DNA from: an uncultured Candidatus Woesearchaeota archaeon
GTDB lineage: Archaea; Nanobdellota; Nanobdellia; Woesearchaeales; GW2011-AR9
DNA length: 64,000 nt
Assembly (NCBI GenBank): GCA_902529885.1
Contig: CABZYC010000001.1
Coordinates: 89,719-153,718, forward strand
Reading direction: 5' to 3'
Shown: positions 16,877 to 25,933 of the stretch, in pieces
How positions within the stretch are numbered: the first letter of the stretch is position 1
Layout: every line of letters begins with the position of its first letter
Program-made: the position numbers and the translations under genes
Notes under the pieces: generated by a model
The model's database searches: none
What the model was told of the DNA's origin: nothing
Seen by the model: the letters and a program-made list of their open reading frames with translations, nothing else

Positions 16877-19222
16877 ATGTTAGACAATAAATATAATGCG
16901 CAAGCCGTAGAACAAGAATTGTTAGATAGTTGGGCAAAGGAAGGAACCTATGCGTTTAATCCAGATACTATTAAAAAAATATTTAGTATTGACACCCCAC
17001 CGCCAACAATGAGTGGAAACATGCATCTTGGCCACGCGTTCAGTTTTGCACAACAAGATTTTATTGCTAGGTACAAACGTATGCAGGGGTACGAAGTATT
17101 TTACCCGTTCGGGACAGACGATAACGGGCTTGCATCAGAAAAGCTTGTACAAAAGAAAAAAAAAGTGAACGGTGCAAGGATGGACCGGCAAGAGTTTATT
17201 CAGCTGTGCACTGAATATTTAGATGAAGCAAGACCAGAGTTTATTGCAGATTGGCAACGTATTGGGATGTCATGTGATTTTGATTTACAGTATTCCACTA
17301 TTAATAACCATTGTCGTGCAATTAGCCAAAAGAGTTTTTTAGACCTTGTAAAAAAAGGGCGAGCATACCGTAAAGAAGCGCCAGTCATTTGGGACACACA
17401 ATTTCAAACTGCTATTGCGCAAGCAGAATTGGAATCTATAGAAAAAAAAACGTATTTCAATGATTTACAATTTAAAACTACTGACGGTGAAACAATAACT
17501 ATTGCTACAACAAGACCCGAATTATTAGGTGGTTGTGTAGCCGTGTTCGCTCACCCAGACGATAAACGGTACCAACACTTGTTTGGTAAACATGCCGTTA
17601 CACCAGTCTATAATGTTGAAGTACCAATCTTGCCAGACGACCAAGTTAGCATCGATAAAGGGACTGGCCTAGTAATGTGCTGTACGTTTGGTGATACCAC
17701 AGACATTGAATGGTATAAAAAACATAATCTACCCCTTAAGATGGTAGTTACACCATGGGGGAAAATGAATGACAAAGCTGGGGCCATAGCAGGGTTAAGC
17801 ATTGTGGACGCCCGGAAAAAAATGATTGAGATCCTAGATGAACAGGGTTATTTAGTAAGCCAAAAGGAAATAATCCATAATGTTAATGTGGGAGAACGGT
17901 CAGGGAGACCCGTAGAAATCATCAATTCAAAACAGTGGTACATAAAATATCTTGATCTTAAAAAACAGTTTTTACTTTCAGGTGAAAAACTACAATGGTT
18001 CCCACCACACATGAGGTCACGACTTAACAACTGGATCGAAGGTTTAAACTGGGATTGGAGTATTAGCAGACAACGCCATTTCGGTGTACCGATACCTGTC
18101 TGGTATGATGCAGAAGGTAACGTCTACTTTGCTGACGAATCACAATTGCCAGTAGACCCAATCAAAGACAGACCATTATCTGCACCAGAAGGCATTGAGT
18201 TATTTCCTGAAAAAGACGTGTTTGATACATGGTTCACAAGTAGTAGTACTCCATTTTTAGCACGAGAACTTGTTAAAGGTACACCAGCATACAACAAGTT
18301 GTTTCCAATGAACCTTCGACCGCAAGCACACGACATCATTAATTTTTGGTTGTTTTATACTATGGCCAAAACACAAATAATACACGAAGTTAATCCTTGG
18401 TCACACGTAACCATCAGTGGCTTTGTTCTTGATCCAAAAGGAAACAAAATGAGCAAGAGTAAAGGTAACGTTATCGCGCCTCAAGAAGTTATCGAGAAAT
18501 ATAGTGCGGACGCTATCAGGTACTGGGCCGCAACATCAAAGCTTGGTGACGATTTACCGTACCAAGAAAAAGATGTTAAGACCGGCATGAAATTTGCAAA
18601 CAAACTGTGGAACGCCGCACGTTTCATTGAACAGCAGCTTGAAGGGTATACACCACAAGAAAAAGATCTTACTGAAGCGTGGGACAAGTGGGTTATAACC
18701 AAGCTTCAAAAAACAATTAAACAATGCACAGAATCTTTTGAAAAGTTTGAGTATAGTCAAGCAAAACGTTCTATTGACAGTTTCTTTTTCCACACGTTCT
18801 GTGACAATTACTTGGAAGTTGTCAAGGATAGATTGTATAATCCTGATAAACGTGGTGAAGACGCAAAATGTTCAGCGCAGTATACACTCTACACTTGCTT
18901 AAAGATAGTGTCACAATTATATGCACCATTATGCCCTTTTGTAACAGAAAAAGTGTACAGGGAACTGTACGGTGACACTGTGCACACAACACAGTGGCCA
19001 CAAGCGAACGAGCAATTGATTCAAGATACGCAGGTTGCAGACAAACTTGTTGAACATATTGCAGCAGTACGTAAACATAAAAGTGATAACCAGGTATCAT
19101 TAGGATCAAGTGTGGAAACAGTAACAATACCCTCGCTTAACATAGAAGGTTTTAAAGAAGATTTTAAAGCAGTAACACGAAGCGAAAATGTTGTAATAGG
19201 TGAAACGTTTAACGTAAAGTAA
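16877..19222 (+). CDS. valS: Class Ia aminoacyl-tRNA synthetase, most likely valyl-tRNA synthetase (compact)
   Basis: ATG at 16877; the track's GTG at 16865 is 4 codons upstream. The HIGH region reads PPPTMSGNMHLGHAF and the editing/CP1 region follows. WDWSISRQRHFGVPIPVWY and KMSKSKGNVI are both present. The length, ~781 aa, fits reduced ValRS. The KMSKSKGN form also occurs in LeuRS, so assignment within the Val/Leu/Ile subfamily is not certain. Confidence 0.75.
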   Translation: MLDNKYNAQAVEQELLDSWAKEGTYAFNPDTIKKIFSIDTPPPTMSGNMHLGHAFSFAQQDFIARYKRMQGYEVFYPFGTDDNGLASEKLVQKKKKVNGARMDRQEFIQLCTEYLDEARPEFIADWQRIGMSCDFDLQYSTINNHCRAISQKSFLDLVKKGRAYRKEAPVIWDTQFQTAIAQAELESIEKKTYFNDLQFKTTDGETITIATTRPELLGGCVAVFAHPDDKRYQHLFGKHAVTPVYNVEVPILPDDQVSIDKGTGLVMCCTFGDTTDIEWYKKHNLPLKMVVTPWGKMNDKAGAIAGLSIVDARKKMIEILDEQGYLVSQKEIIHNVNVGERSGRPVEIINSKQWYIKYLDLKKQFLLSGEKLQWFPPHMRSRLNNWIEGLNWDWSISRQRHFGVPIPVWYDAEGNVYFADESQLPVDPIKDRPLSAPEGIELFPEKDVFDTWFTSSSTPFLARELVKGTPAYNKLFPMNLRPQAHDIINFWLFYTMAKTQIIHEVNPWSHVTISGFVLDPKGNKMSKSKGNVIAPQEVIEKYSADAIRYWAATSKLGDDLPYQEKDVKTGMKFANKLWNAARFIEQQLEGYTPQEKDLTEAWDKWVITKLQKTIKQCTESFEKFEYSQAKRSIDSFFFHTFCDNYLEVVKDRLYNPDKRGEDAKCSAQYTLYTCLKIVSQLYAPLCPFVTEKVYRELYGDTVHTTQWPQANEQLIQDTQVADKLVEHIAAVRKHKSDNQVSLGSSVETVTIPSLNIEGFKEDFKAVTRSENVVIGETFNVK

Positions 19223-19862
19223 AGGTGGTCTCACTTTCAACTTCTATCATTGAAACACTGCCACTAAGTGCCACAGTGTTACCTTGAGTAAAAGAACCAC
19301 TGTAACCACGAAAAGTTATTACTTCAGAATCAGCTGTGTAAACAACATTATCAGACGTGATTGTACCGCCACCAGTCAAGGTTATATGGTCAATGTGTAC
19401 ACGATCAATGCTTAATGAATTTACACTTAACCCCTCACTATGTACGTTAACTTGTGCAGAAGGACTTAGTTCTACGCCGTTCACAACAATGCTCGAAGTT
19501 ATACCATTGAAAGTCATAGTGTCTTTGAAACTTAAAGAACCAGTATAATCCACTAATTGCATTGAAACTTCGCCACTATCCTTTATACGCAAAGTATCCT
19601 CATTAACAAAGATTGAATTTCCTGCATCGCTAAAAGTAAGAGTTAGATTAGCGTTTAACACTTCGGCTGAAAACCCTGAATGCGTCCCAGTAATAATTGT
19701 GTCAAGACCAAAAACGTTATCATACGATGTTAATTGAGGGAGCTCGATTGAAACATCTGCACCAGAATTAGCTTTTAAAAAAAAGGTTAATGCAAATACA
19801 GCCAAACTTATCAAAACCAAGGTTACTAATACCCTTCGCAACATGTCTGGTTTATCATCCAT
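19209..19862 (-). CDS. Membrane-anchored extracytoplasmic beta-rich protein (hypothetical)
   Basis: A 217-aa protein with an N-terminal TM (VLVTLVLISLAVFALTFFL) and then an S/T/N/G-rich beta-strand-like sequence. It convergently overlaps the valS 3' end by 14 nt. Confidence 0.5.
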   Translation of the reverse strand: MDDKPDMLRRVLVTLVLISLAVFALTFFLKANSGADVSIELPQLTSYDNVFGLDTIITGTHSGFSAEVLNANLTLTFSDAGNSIFVNEDTLRIKDSGEVSMQLVDYTGSLSFKDTMTFNGITSSIVVNGVELSPSAQVNVHSEGLSVNSLSIDRVHIDHITLTGGGTITSDNVVYTADSEVITFRGYSGSFTQGNTVALSGSVSMIEVESETTFTLR

Positions 19863-19864
19863 GT

Positions 19865-20278
19865 TTAAGACATGACTTCCATTCTTTTATTACTTTCTAT
19901 TCGTGCTTCTAATTCAGATACAATTTTCCGAGGATTTTTCATTGGAGGAAAAACAAGGTTTTCTGTCCCACTATTACTACGGAGGATAATAATACCATAC
20001 CCTAACAATCGTTGCCATAAATGTTGTCTTACACTAATATCACTTACATTCTCAAGGTATATTGCGTGAATGTTTCGGTTTAAAATACCGTGCACAACAC
20101 TTATTTTACTATCGTCAAATAAAATGTGTGTTCGGACCCGCATTAATTCTGCATAAGCAACGCAAACACCAGATAAAGGAAGAAAAAAAATGATATTCTC
20201 CATGAAAGCCACTAATAAACAAAATATTGCGAGTGTATATTCTAACACATACTTTCTTCGACAGGATCTGACTTTCAT
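19865..20278 (-). CDS. Bacterial-type PH domain (bPH_2/YdbS-like) membrane protein
   Basis: A 137-aa protein with two short N-terminal hydrophobic segments followed by the LFDDSKISVVHGILNRNIHAIYLENVSDISVRQHLWQRLLGYGIIIL pattern typical of bPH_2 domains. Confidence 0.55.
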   Translation of the reverse strand: MKVRSCRRKYVLEYTLAIFCLLVAFMENIIFFLPLSGVCVAYAELMRVRTHILFDDSKISVVHGILNRNIHAIYLENVSDISVRQHLWQRLLGYGIIILRSNSGTENLVFPPMKNPRKIVSELEARIESNKRMEVMS

Positions 20279-20356
20279 AAACAGCGTAATTAAAACACAT
20301 ATATATTGATATGGGTAAACAGAAGATATAAAAATGAAAATGTATACCCTACTAGT

Positions 20357-20611
20357 ATGTCCATGTTAGGTAAACTAAACATTTTACGTTTTTTCAAAGA
20401 AGATGATAAGGAATACGATAACCGTTTCTTAAAATTTTATCATCAAAATAAAAAACGGCTTAACAAAGAAAGACGGTCAAAGTACCAAATCCATAAAGAA
20501 AAAGGTTTATGCGTTAGATGTAATAAACATGCAGTAGCAGGCATTGTATTTTGTGAGTATCATAAAAGTAAACAAAAAGGGTATAATGCAAAAGCAAGAG
20601 AAAAAGATTAA
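20357..20611 (+). CDS. Small basic zinc-ribbon-like protein (hypothetical)
   Basis: Start taken at the first in-frame ATG (MSMLGKL…); the ORF track begins at a TTG 17 codons upstream. The protein is K/R-rich with a CVRCNKH…CEYH metal-binding-like motif. Confidence 0.4.
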   Translation: MSMLGKLNILRFFKEDDKEYDNRFLKFYHQNKKRLNKERRSKYQIHKEKGLCVRCNKHAVAGIVFCEYHKSKQKGYNAKAREKD

Positions 20612-22068
20612 TTTACTACGTACGCACCTTGCACATACTTTTTTGCCAAATTTAGTTTTGTTTCATTCTCTGCATAGATCGTGTACAAAATATCTTGTTT
20701 TTGAACGCTTGAACCTATCTTACGATGAATAAAAATTCCTGCACCCTTATCTAAAGGTGCACCTGCAGTCCGCGCAATTTTTGAGATAATTTTATTATTA
20801 ATTGCAATTATCTTCCCTTCAGAACTAGAACGAACATTATACCTGTATTGTCCAAGCTTCGGTTTTCTGCATGGGCCTTGTAACGCAATTATATCTTTCA
20901 TTTTTTGCCATGCTGCCCCGGACTCTAGCAATTCTGTTGCTAAATCCTTAGGTTTGCCTGCTAACTCAAGCAAATGTTCAGTTAACAAAATACTTTTATC
21001 ACGTAAGTCTTGTGGGGCTAATGGATCATTTCGTAACACAGCAATAACGTCTTCAGCTTCAAGTAATGGTCCAACCCCTCTTCCTATTGGTTGAGAACCA
21101 TCAGTAACAATCACTTTTACGTGCATGCCTAAACGCTGACCGACATCTTCAAACAACCGTTGTAACCTACGCGCGTCACGTTTAGATTTGACTTTTACAT
21201 CTGGCCCCATAGGAATATCAATTAAAACATGTGTAGCACTAACACTATACTTCTTAGCCATGACTGAAGCAACAAGTTGACCTTCTGCATCTATAGACAT
21301 AGGACTTTCAACCAAAATGATTTTATCATCTGCAGGAGCAAGGTTCATGCTCCCACCGTGAACCAAACAACCTTTAACTTGTTTTACAATATCCAATATC
21401 TTTTTTTGGGGTAACTCAACTTTTGCCAAACATTCCATTGTGTCTGCTGTACCAGCAGGACTTGTTATAGCCCTACTACTCGTTTTAGCAATTGTTAACC
21501 CTGCAGCCGCTAAAATTGGTACAACAATCATGCTAGTACGATTGTTGGGGACACCACCAATACAATGTTTATCTAACGTCACACCACGAAACGATATCTT
21601 GTCTCCCGTAGCAACCATTGCTTTAGTTAGATCAACTATTTCTTGGCTTGATAAACCATGTATGTAACAAGCAGATACAAAATAAGTTTTTTCAATATCA
21701 GTTAAACGATCAGCAGTAATATCCTTAACTATACTTAACAATTCTTTATAATGTAAAGAATTGCCGTTTAACTTATCACGTATAAATTCAACTGAGTCAG
21801 GTTTACCTGAAAATGTAACTTGAATCTTTGTACCAGTACGAATATGCAAAATCTTGCACACATCTTTAAACAAAGCAAGTGTCCCAGGTTTAACTAGGGT
21901 TATATCCGAAGTTATGTCAAGTATAACTGTCAAAGAAGATTTTTTGGTAGATAATTTAATACGATCTGAATGTTGAAAATCGTACAAATCTGCGTCTTTC
22001 TTATGCATGACTGCAACAAGAGTTTGCCCAGTACTAATGTCAAGTCGTTCAACCCTAAAATCTACCAT
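20608..22068 (-). CDS. deoA: AMP/thymidine phosphorylase family (archaeal AMP phosphorylase-like, N-terminal extension)
   Basis: A 486-aa protein carrying HCIGGVPNNRTSMIVVPILAAAGLTIAKTSSRAITSPAGTADTME (the pyrimidine-nucleoside phosphorylase 'HSTGGVGD…' region in its AMPpase form). The extra ~80-aa N-terminal domain is typical of archaeal AMP phosphorylase. Confidence 0.85.
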   Translation of the reverse strand: MVDFRVERLDISTGQTLVAVMHKKDADLYDFQHSDRIKLSTKKSSLTVILDITSDITLVKPGTLALFKDVCKILHIRTGTKIQVTFSGKPDSVEFIRDKLNGNSLHYKELLSIVKDITADRLTDIEKTYFVSACYIHGLSSQEIVDLTKAMVATGDKISFRGVTLDKHCIGGVPNNRTSMIVVPILAAAGLTIAKTSSRAITSPAGTADTMECLAKVELPQKKILDIVKQVKGCLVHGGSMNLAPADDKIILVESPMSIDAEGQLVASVMAKKYSVSATHVLIDIPMGPDVKVKSKRDARRLQRLFEDVGQRLGMHVKVIVTDGSQPIGRGVGPLLEAEDVIAVLRNDPLAPQDLRDKSILLTEHLLELAGKPKDLATELLESGAAWQKMKDIIALQGPCRKPKLGQYRYNVRSSSEGKIIAINNKIISKIARTAGAPLDKGAGIFIHRKIGSSVQKQDILYTIYAENETKLNLAKKYVQGAYVVN

Positions 22069-22084
22069 CTATTTGAGGACGTAA

Positions 22085-22927
22085 CTACTTCTCATTTTTA
22101 TATATTGTGGTATCTTTGTTTGACACTGTATGCTCAATTGTAGTAAAAGGTACGACTATAGAATTATTTATTGGAACTAGAACTTTGCACCCTTCATAAA
22201 CAATAATACGTTCACCACAATCTTTGTGCACACTAGATGATGGGTGCACATAAGGTAAACTGTTCAATATTTCGTGTGCATCAAAAAGTTGGTCAGGTGT
22301 ACCAACAGGCATCCAAAAATTGGCCAGAGTATAACTTAACAAATTACGGTCAAAACATAATTGGACCAAATCAGTTATTTCATATTCACCCCGTGAGCTT
22401 AATGGGACTTGATTTAATAATTCTACAGCCCGTAATGGAAAATGGTACGCACCTATGTTTGCAAGGTTACTTTTTGGGTACAAAGGTTTTTCAATAATCT
22501 TTTTTGGAACATCTCCCTCCAAAACAACTTCACCATATTGCCTAACATCATCAACCACCTTAACCAAAATGCTAGGTTGACTTGCCAAATTTTTAATATC
22601 GTCTACACCGTATAAATCGTCTGAATTAAACACTAAAAAATTTTTCCTAAGTTTAGGCTTAGCAACTTTTAGTGCACCAGCGGTCCCGTTGAGTTCATGT
22701 TGGTGAACATAAGTTACACGAACACCTGCGTAACTCTCACCAATACACGCTTTCACTTTATCTGCAAGGTGCCCAATTACAATAATAAACTCCTCCACGA
22801 AATCTAAAGAATCTAATAAGTAACACAAGATTGGTTTCCCTGCAACTTCCACAAGTGGTTTTGGCACACTTTGGGTCAAAGGTAGTAATCGTTTCCCTTT
22901 ACCAGCAGCTAGAATTACGGCTTGCAT
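22085..22927 (-). CDS. Sugar-phosphate nucleotidyltransferase (glucose-1-phosphate thymidylyl/uridylyltransferase family)
   Basis: MQAVILAAGKGKRLLPLTQSVPKPLVEVAGKPIL is the classic NTP-transferase N-terminal signature. The protein is 280 aa. Confidence 0.85.
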   Translation of the reverse strand: MQAVILAAGKGKRLLPLTQSVPKPLVEVAGKPILCYLLDSLDFVEEFIIVIGHLADKVKACIGESYAGVRVTYVHQHELNGTAGALKVAKPKLRKNFLVFNSDDLYGVDDIKNLASQPSILVKVVDDVRQYGEVVLEGDVPKKIIEKPLYPKSNLANIGAYHFPLRAVELLNQVPLSSRGEYEITDLVQLCFDRNLLSYTLANFWMPVGTPDQLFDAHEILNSLPYVHPSSSVHKDCGERIIVYEGCKVLVPINNSIVVPFTTIEHTVSNKDTTIYKNEK

Positions 22928-22953
22928 ACCACCTTTCTGTGTATAAGACTTAT

Positions 22954-23391
22954 TTATATCTTGTGAACATACTCACTTATACAATCATACTCTTCATTGG
23001 CACAATCATGCTCAGTCTCGATTGGTAAGTTAGCATACTTCCCATGCAAAAACAATACTGTATAATGCCCTGCAAGGTTACCGTAACGAATTTCTGCATC
23101 ACGGCGGTTCCCAAGAACGATTGATGAAGGATACAATTTGAACACAGAAAATTTCTGTTTGTTTTCTGAAACAACATGTATAGCGCTAGCACTTTTTTTA
23201 AGTCCAAGAATACGCATCTTTTTCATTTGTAATAAAGGATCACCTGTGGTTACAAACACACAATCATGCTCAGTACAAAAATTCTTAACGCCACTAAAAG
23301 GTTTAATGTTCATTAAATTTTGAAGAGTGTCATCTAACTGTTCAGTCCGACTATAAACTGTGTCATCTATATCCACTAAATATGTTTGCAT
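22954..23391 (-). CDS. Hypothetical protein, possible HAD-like phosphatase (LVDIDDTVY motif)
   Basis: A 145-aa protein whose N-terminal DxDxT-like motif (YLVDIDDTVYS) resembles HAD motif I. The remainder is not diagnostic. Confidence 0.35.
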   Translation of the reverse strand: MQTYLVDIDDTVYSRTEQLDDTLQNLMNIKPFSGVKNFCTEHDCVFVTTGDPLLQMKKMRILGLKKSASAIHVVSENKQKFSVFKLYPSSIVLGNRRDAEIRYGNLAGHYTVLFLHGKYANLPIETEHDCANEEYDCISEYVHKI

Positions 23392-24158
23392 AATGCCTCC
23401 TTATATTTGTGTGGGCATGGAACACTGTTAACAGTTAGCATATCAACAACGATACGCGAGTCATGCACAACCTGAAAATCGTACGAAGAATCAGTAAGGT
23501 ACACATCTATCTTCCGGCCAAGATATTGTTCCATTACATCAATATGATCTTTAGTGGTCCAACCTTTGGTCTCACCTAATTTCTGTTTTTGGTTCCCACA
23601 CAAAATTATCTTTTTATCACTCACCCATTCTTTAAACCCGTCAACTAAAAAGTTTGGAAGTATGCTTGTCCACACATCACCTGGAGCAATAATGAGTGTT
23701 GTCGCAAAAGGTTTTACGCACAGCATAGCAGGTTTATTTAATGTTAAAGAGACAGGGTTACCATGTTCACCATCAGACGTATCAATTAAATGTTCCCCAG
23801 TAAGACTTGTTGAACGATAATGTGCAATTAAATGCCGGTCATCATTAGTTATAGGGTAAACATTCGTTTGCACAGAATAAAGTTTTCGAACATAATTTAC
23901 TGATTCCAATAAATTTTCACCTTTATTAAGCCTTGATTGTAACAGAAGGTTCCCTAAAGGATGCGTGCCTGGCCTATACTCCAAACTTGACCCTAGAGAA
24001 GATAATACTTTTCGAATATCCCCCACTGCAGGAGTCCCATTACGCAGTTTACCAGTAGACCCCCCACTATCAAAGACATTTATTAGATACTGTGCATTAG
24101 GAAAAACTTTGGCTAAAAAAGATGTACCATTCCCACCACCAAGTATCACTATAGTCAT
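23376..24158 (-). CDS. UPF0052 family protein (CofD/YvcK-like, 2-phospho-L-lactate transferase / gluconeogenesis-factor fold)
   Basis: Start taken at internal ATG MTIVILGGGNGTS; the ORF track's TTG extension adds 18 aa. Motifs ILGGGNGTS, VFDSGGSTGKLR and GDIRKVLSSL match the CofD/YvcK family. Confidence 0.75.
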   Translation of the reverse strand: MTIVILGGGNGTSFLAKVFPNAQYLINVFDSGGSTGKLRNGTPAVGDIRKVLSSLGSSLEYRPGTHPLGNLLLQSRLNKGENLLESVNYVRKLYSVQTNVYPITNDDRHLIAHYRSTSLTGEHLIDTSDGEHGNPVSLTLNKPAMLCVKPFATTLIIAPGDVWTSILPNFLVDGFKEWVSDKKIILCGNQKQKLGETKGWTTKDHIDVMEQYLGRKIDVYLTDSSYDFQVVHDSRIVVDMLTVNSVPCPHKYKEALCKHI

Positions 24159-24247
24159 GTTTAAAGACGAAAAAATGTGTTTTTTATACTTTATGGAGCT
24201 AAGCACAATCAAAATGTTTATAAATGGATGTCTTTCTTGCCTATTCT

Positions 24248-24694
24248 ATGACACAAATACTCGCAGTCAATCCACACAAACTGATCTTGCAGGTAGCAAA
24301 AGAGTTAGAAAAAGAGTCAGCTATCTCACAACCTGAATGGAGCAAGTTTGTTAAAACCGGTCACCACAAACAAAGGTTACCTTTATTAGATAATTGGTGG
24401 CACGTTCGTTCAGCAGCAATCCTACGTACAATTGCACGTATTGGGCCTGTTGGCACTGAAAAACTACGTACAAAGTATGGTGGACGTAAAAATCGTGGGC
24501 ACAAACCTGATCGACGATACAAAGCATCGGGTTCAGTTATTAGAAAATCTTTGCAGCAACTTGAAAGTGCAGGGTTAATTCAACAGAAAGAAGTTTCAGG
24601 GCATAAAGGAAGAGTTCTTACACCAAAAGGAGTAAGTTTACTTGACAAAACTGCGATTGGAATTATGAAAGAGGAAAAAAATGGCTCGAAATAA
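24248..24694 (+). CDS. rps19e: Ribosomal protein S19e
   Basis: Start at MTQILAVNPHKL…; the PEWSKFVKTG…DNWWHVRSAAILRTIARIGPVGTEKLRTKYGG signature follows. The track's ATG 8 codons upstream is an alternative start. Confidence 0.9.
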   Translation: MTQILAVNPHKLILQVAKELEKESAISQPEWSKFVKTGHHKQRLPLLDNWWHVRSAAILRTIARIGPVGTEKLRTKYGGRKNRGHKPDRRYKASGSVIRKSLQQLESAGLIQQKEVSGHKGRVLTPKGVSLLDKTAIGIMKEEKNGSK

Positions 24695-24854
24695 ACATCC
24701 TTCATTAAAACAAAAACTGCACAAGTTTGGTACCCAACACAAATGGGCACCATTCTGGACCGTAGTAAAGATTTATGGGAAAGGTAAAAGAGTACACCCT
24801 TCTCAACACACTGCTGTAAAACGTCATTGGCGACGAAACAATTTAAAGATCTAA
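24681..24854 (+). CDS. rpl39e: Ribosomal protein L39e
   Basis: A 57-aa ORF, MARNKHPSLKQKLHKFGTQHKWAPFWTVVKIYGKGKRVHPSQHTAVKRHWRRNNLKI, a textbook L39e. It falls below the ORF-track length cutoff and overlaps the S19e 3' end. Confidence 0.85.
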   Translation: MARNKHPSLKQKLHKFGTQHKWAPFWTVVKIYGKGKRVHPSQHTAVKRHWRRNNLKI

Positions 24855-24855
24855 A

Positions 24856-25116
24856 ATGGAACGAGTATACACTATCCCCCTACGAAGAGAGTACAGGAAA
24901 GCTGCAATATGGCGTCGTACTAAACGTGCAATGAACGAAGTTAGAACTTTTTTATCAAAGCACATGAAAAGTGATGATGTCCGTATTGGAACTGACGTGA
25001 ACGAGTTTCTATGGAAGCACGGTGGAAAAAACCCGCCACACAAAGTTAAAGTAACTGTTACAAAAGATGAAAACAATGTTGTAAAAGCATCATTGTTTAC
25101 ACAATCAAATGGTTAA
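24856..25116 (+). CDS. rpl31e: Ribosomal protein L31e
   Basis: Carries the L31e signature YTIPLRREYRKAAIWRRTKRAMNEVRTFLSKHMK…VRIGTDVNEFLWKHG. It starts 1 nt after the L39e stop. Confidence 0.9.
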   Translation: MERVYTIPLRREYRKAAIWRRTKRAMNEVRTFLSKHMKSDDVRIGTDVNEFLWKHGGKNPPHKVKVTVTKDENNVVKASLFTQSNG

Positions 25117-25933
25117 CCCTTTAACCCACATATTTTTTTCTCATACTCTACTTGACCACCACATTACAAACGAAGAGGATGCAATAAGTTTATCCATTGG
25201 AAGCATATTACCCGACATCTGTTTATCAGGGCTTATCCCTTACAATTCCACACATACAAAAAATGTTGAGTTTTTAGAATGGTGCATTACTAGAGAAGAA
25301 AAAATTGCAGCGATTGCAGCCATTACGCATGCAGAAAAACCGTACGGGATTGACCATTATACACATAACACTAACGGATTTATTCATACACACCATGATA
25401 AAGTCAAAAGTATTTTACTGAAATACCCTTACTTTAACAACGCAAACATGATGACCGTACACCATTGTATCGAATTCATAATAGACCACCTACTTGTTGA
25501 AAAGTACCCAGATCTTCCTTTGAAAGCAGTTAAACACTTACAAAGTGATAAAGCACAAAAAATCGTGCACAAGTATACAGAGTTCCATTCATTGTCCGTG
25601 AAGGACAGAGTTAAAATTAATAAGATTTTCAAACATAAACTTCTTCAAAAGTATCTTTTACAGTTCGGATCTATCAAAGGTACTGCCAAAAACTGGCAAA
25701 CTATCAGAAATTATTATACTATCAAAAAGCATGCAAGAAGTAAAAGTGAACAGTTAAAGTTGCTTGCTAAATTAGGCACAAAACATATCCTTTCAATCCA
25801 TAAAATACCAGAAATAATTTGTGCGTTTACAGAAGTAAAAGAATATCTTAACGAATATTACGAAGAATTTATCAACGACACACTAGAAAATGTTAACCAC
25901 ATTGTAAAAAAATATGAATCACATCTTAACTGA
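25109..25933 (+). CDS. His-rich hypothetical protein, possible metal-dependent hydrolase (YdjM/DUF457-like N-terminus)
   Basis: A 274-aa protein with N-terminus MVNPLTHIFFSHTLLDHHI, resembling the M..PLTH motif of the YdjM family. It has many His pairs (HYTHNTNGFIHTHHD), no TM and a K-rich C-terminus. It occupies the slot where eIF6 commonly follows L31e. Confidence 0.4.
   Translation: MVNPLTHIFFSHTLLDHHITNEEDAISLSIGSILPDICLSGLIPYNSTHTKNVEFLEWCITREEKIAAIAAITHAEKPYGIDHYTHNTNGFIHTHHDKVKSILLKYPYFNNANMMTVHHCIEFIIDHLLVEKYPDLPLKAVKHLQSDKAQKIVHKYTEFHSLSVKDRVKINKIFKHKLLQKYLLQFGSIKGTAKNWQTIRNYYTIKKHARSKSEQLKLLAKLGTKHILSIHKIPEIICAFTEVKEYLNEYYEEFINDTLENVNHIVKKYESHLN

Noticed and set aside
16865-16887. 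Apparent 23-nt overlap of divergent arsC-like and valS ORFs in the ORF track
   Set aside because: Both extensions use TTG/GTG. The homology-supported ATGs at 16827 (MKVYQYKKCGTC) and 16877 (MLDNKYNAQ) leave a 49-nt promoter spacer with a TATA box.
16877-19222. Alternative identity as leucyl-tRNA synthetase (KMSKSKGNVI and GVPIPVW resemble LeuRS/IleRS)
   Set aside because: The length (~780 aa), the HIGH region context and the GTDDNGL 'GTDHxG'-like segment fit a reduced ValRS better. This remains uncertain without a profile search, so it is kept as valS with lowered confidence.
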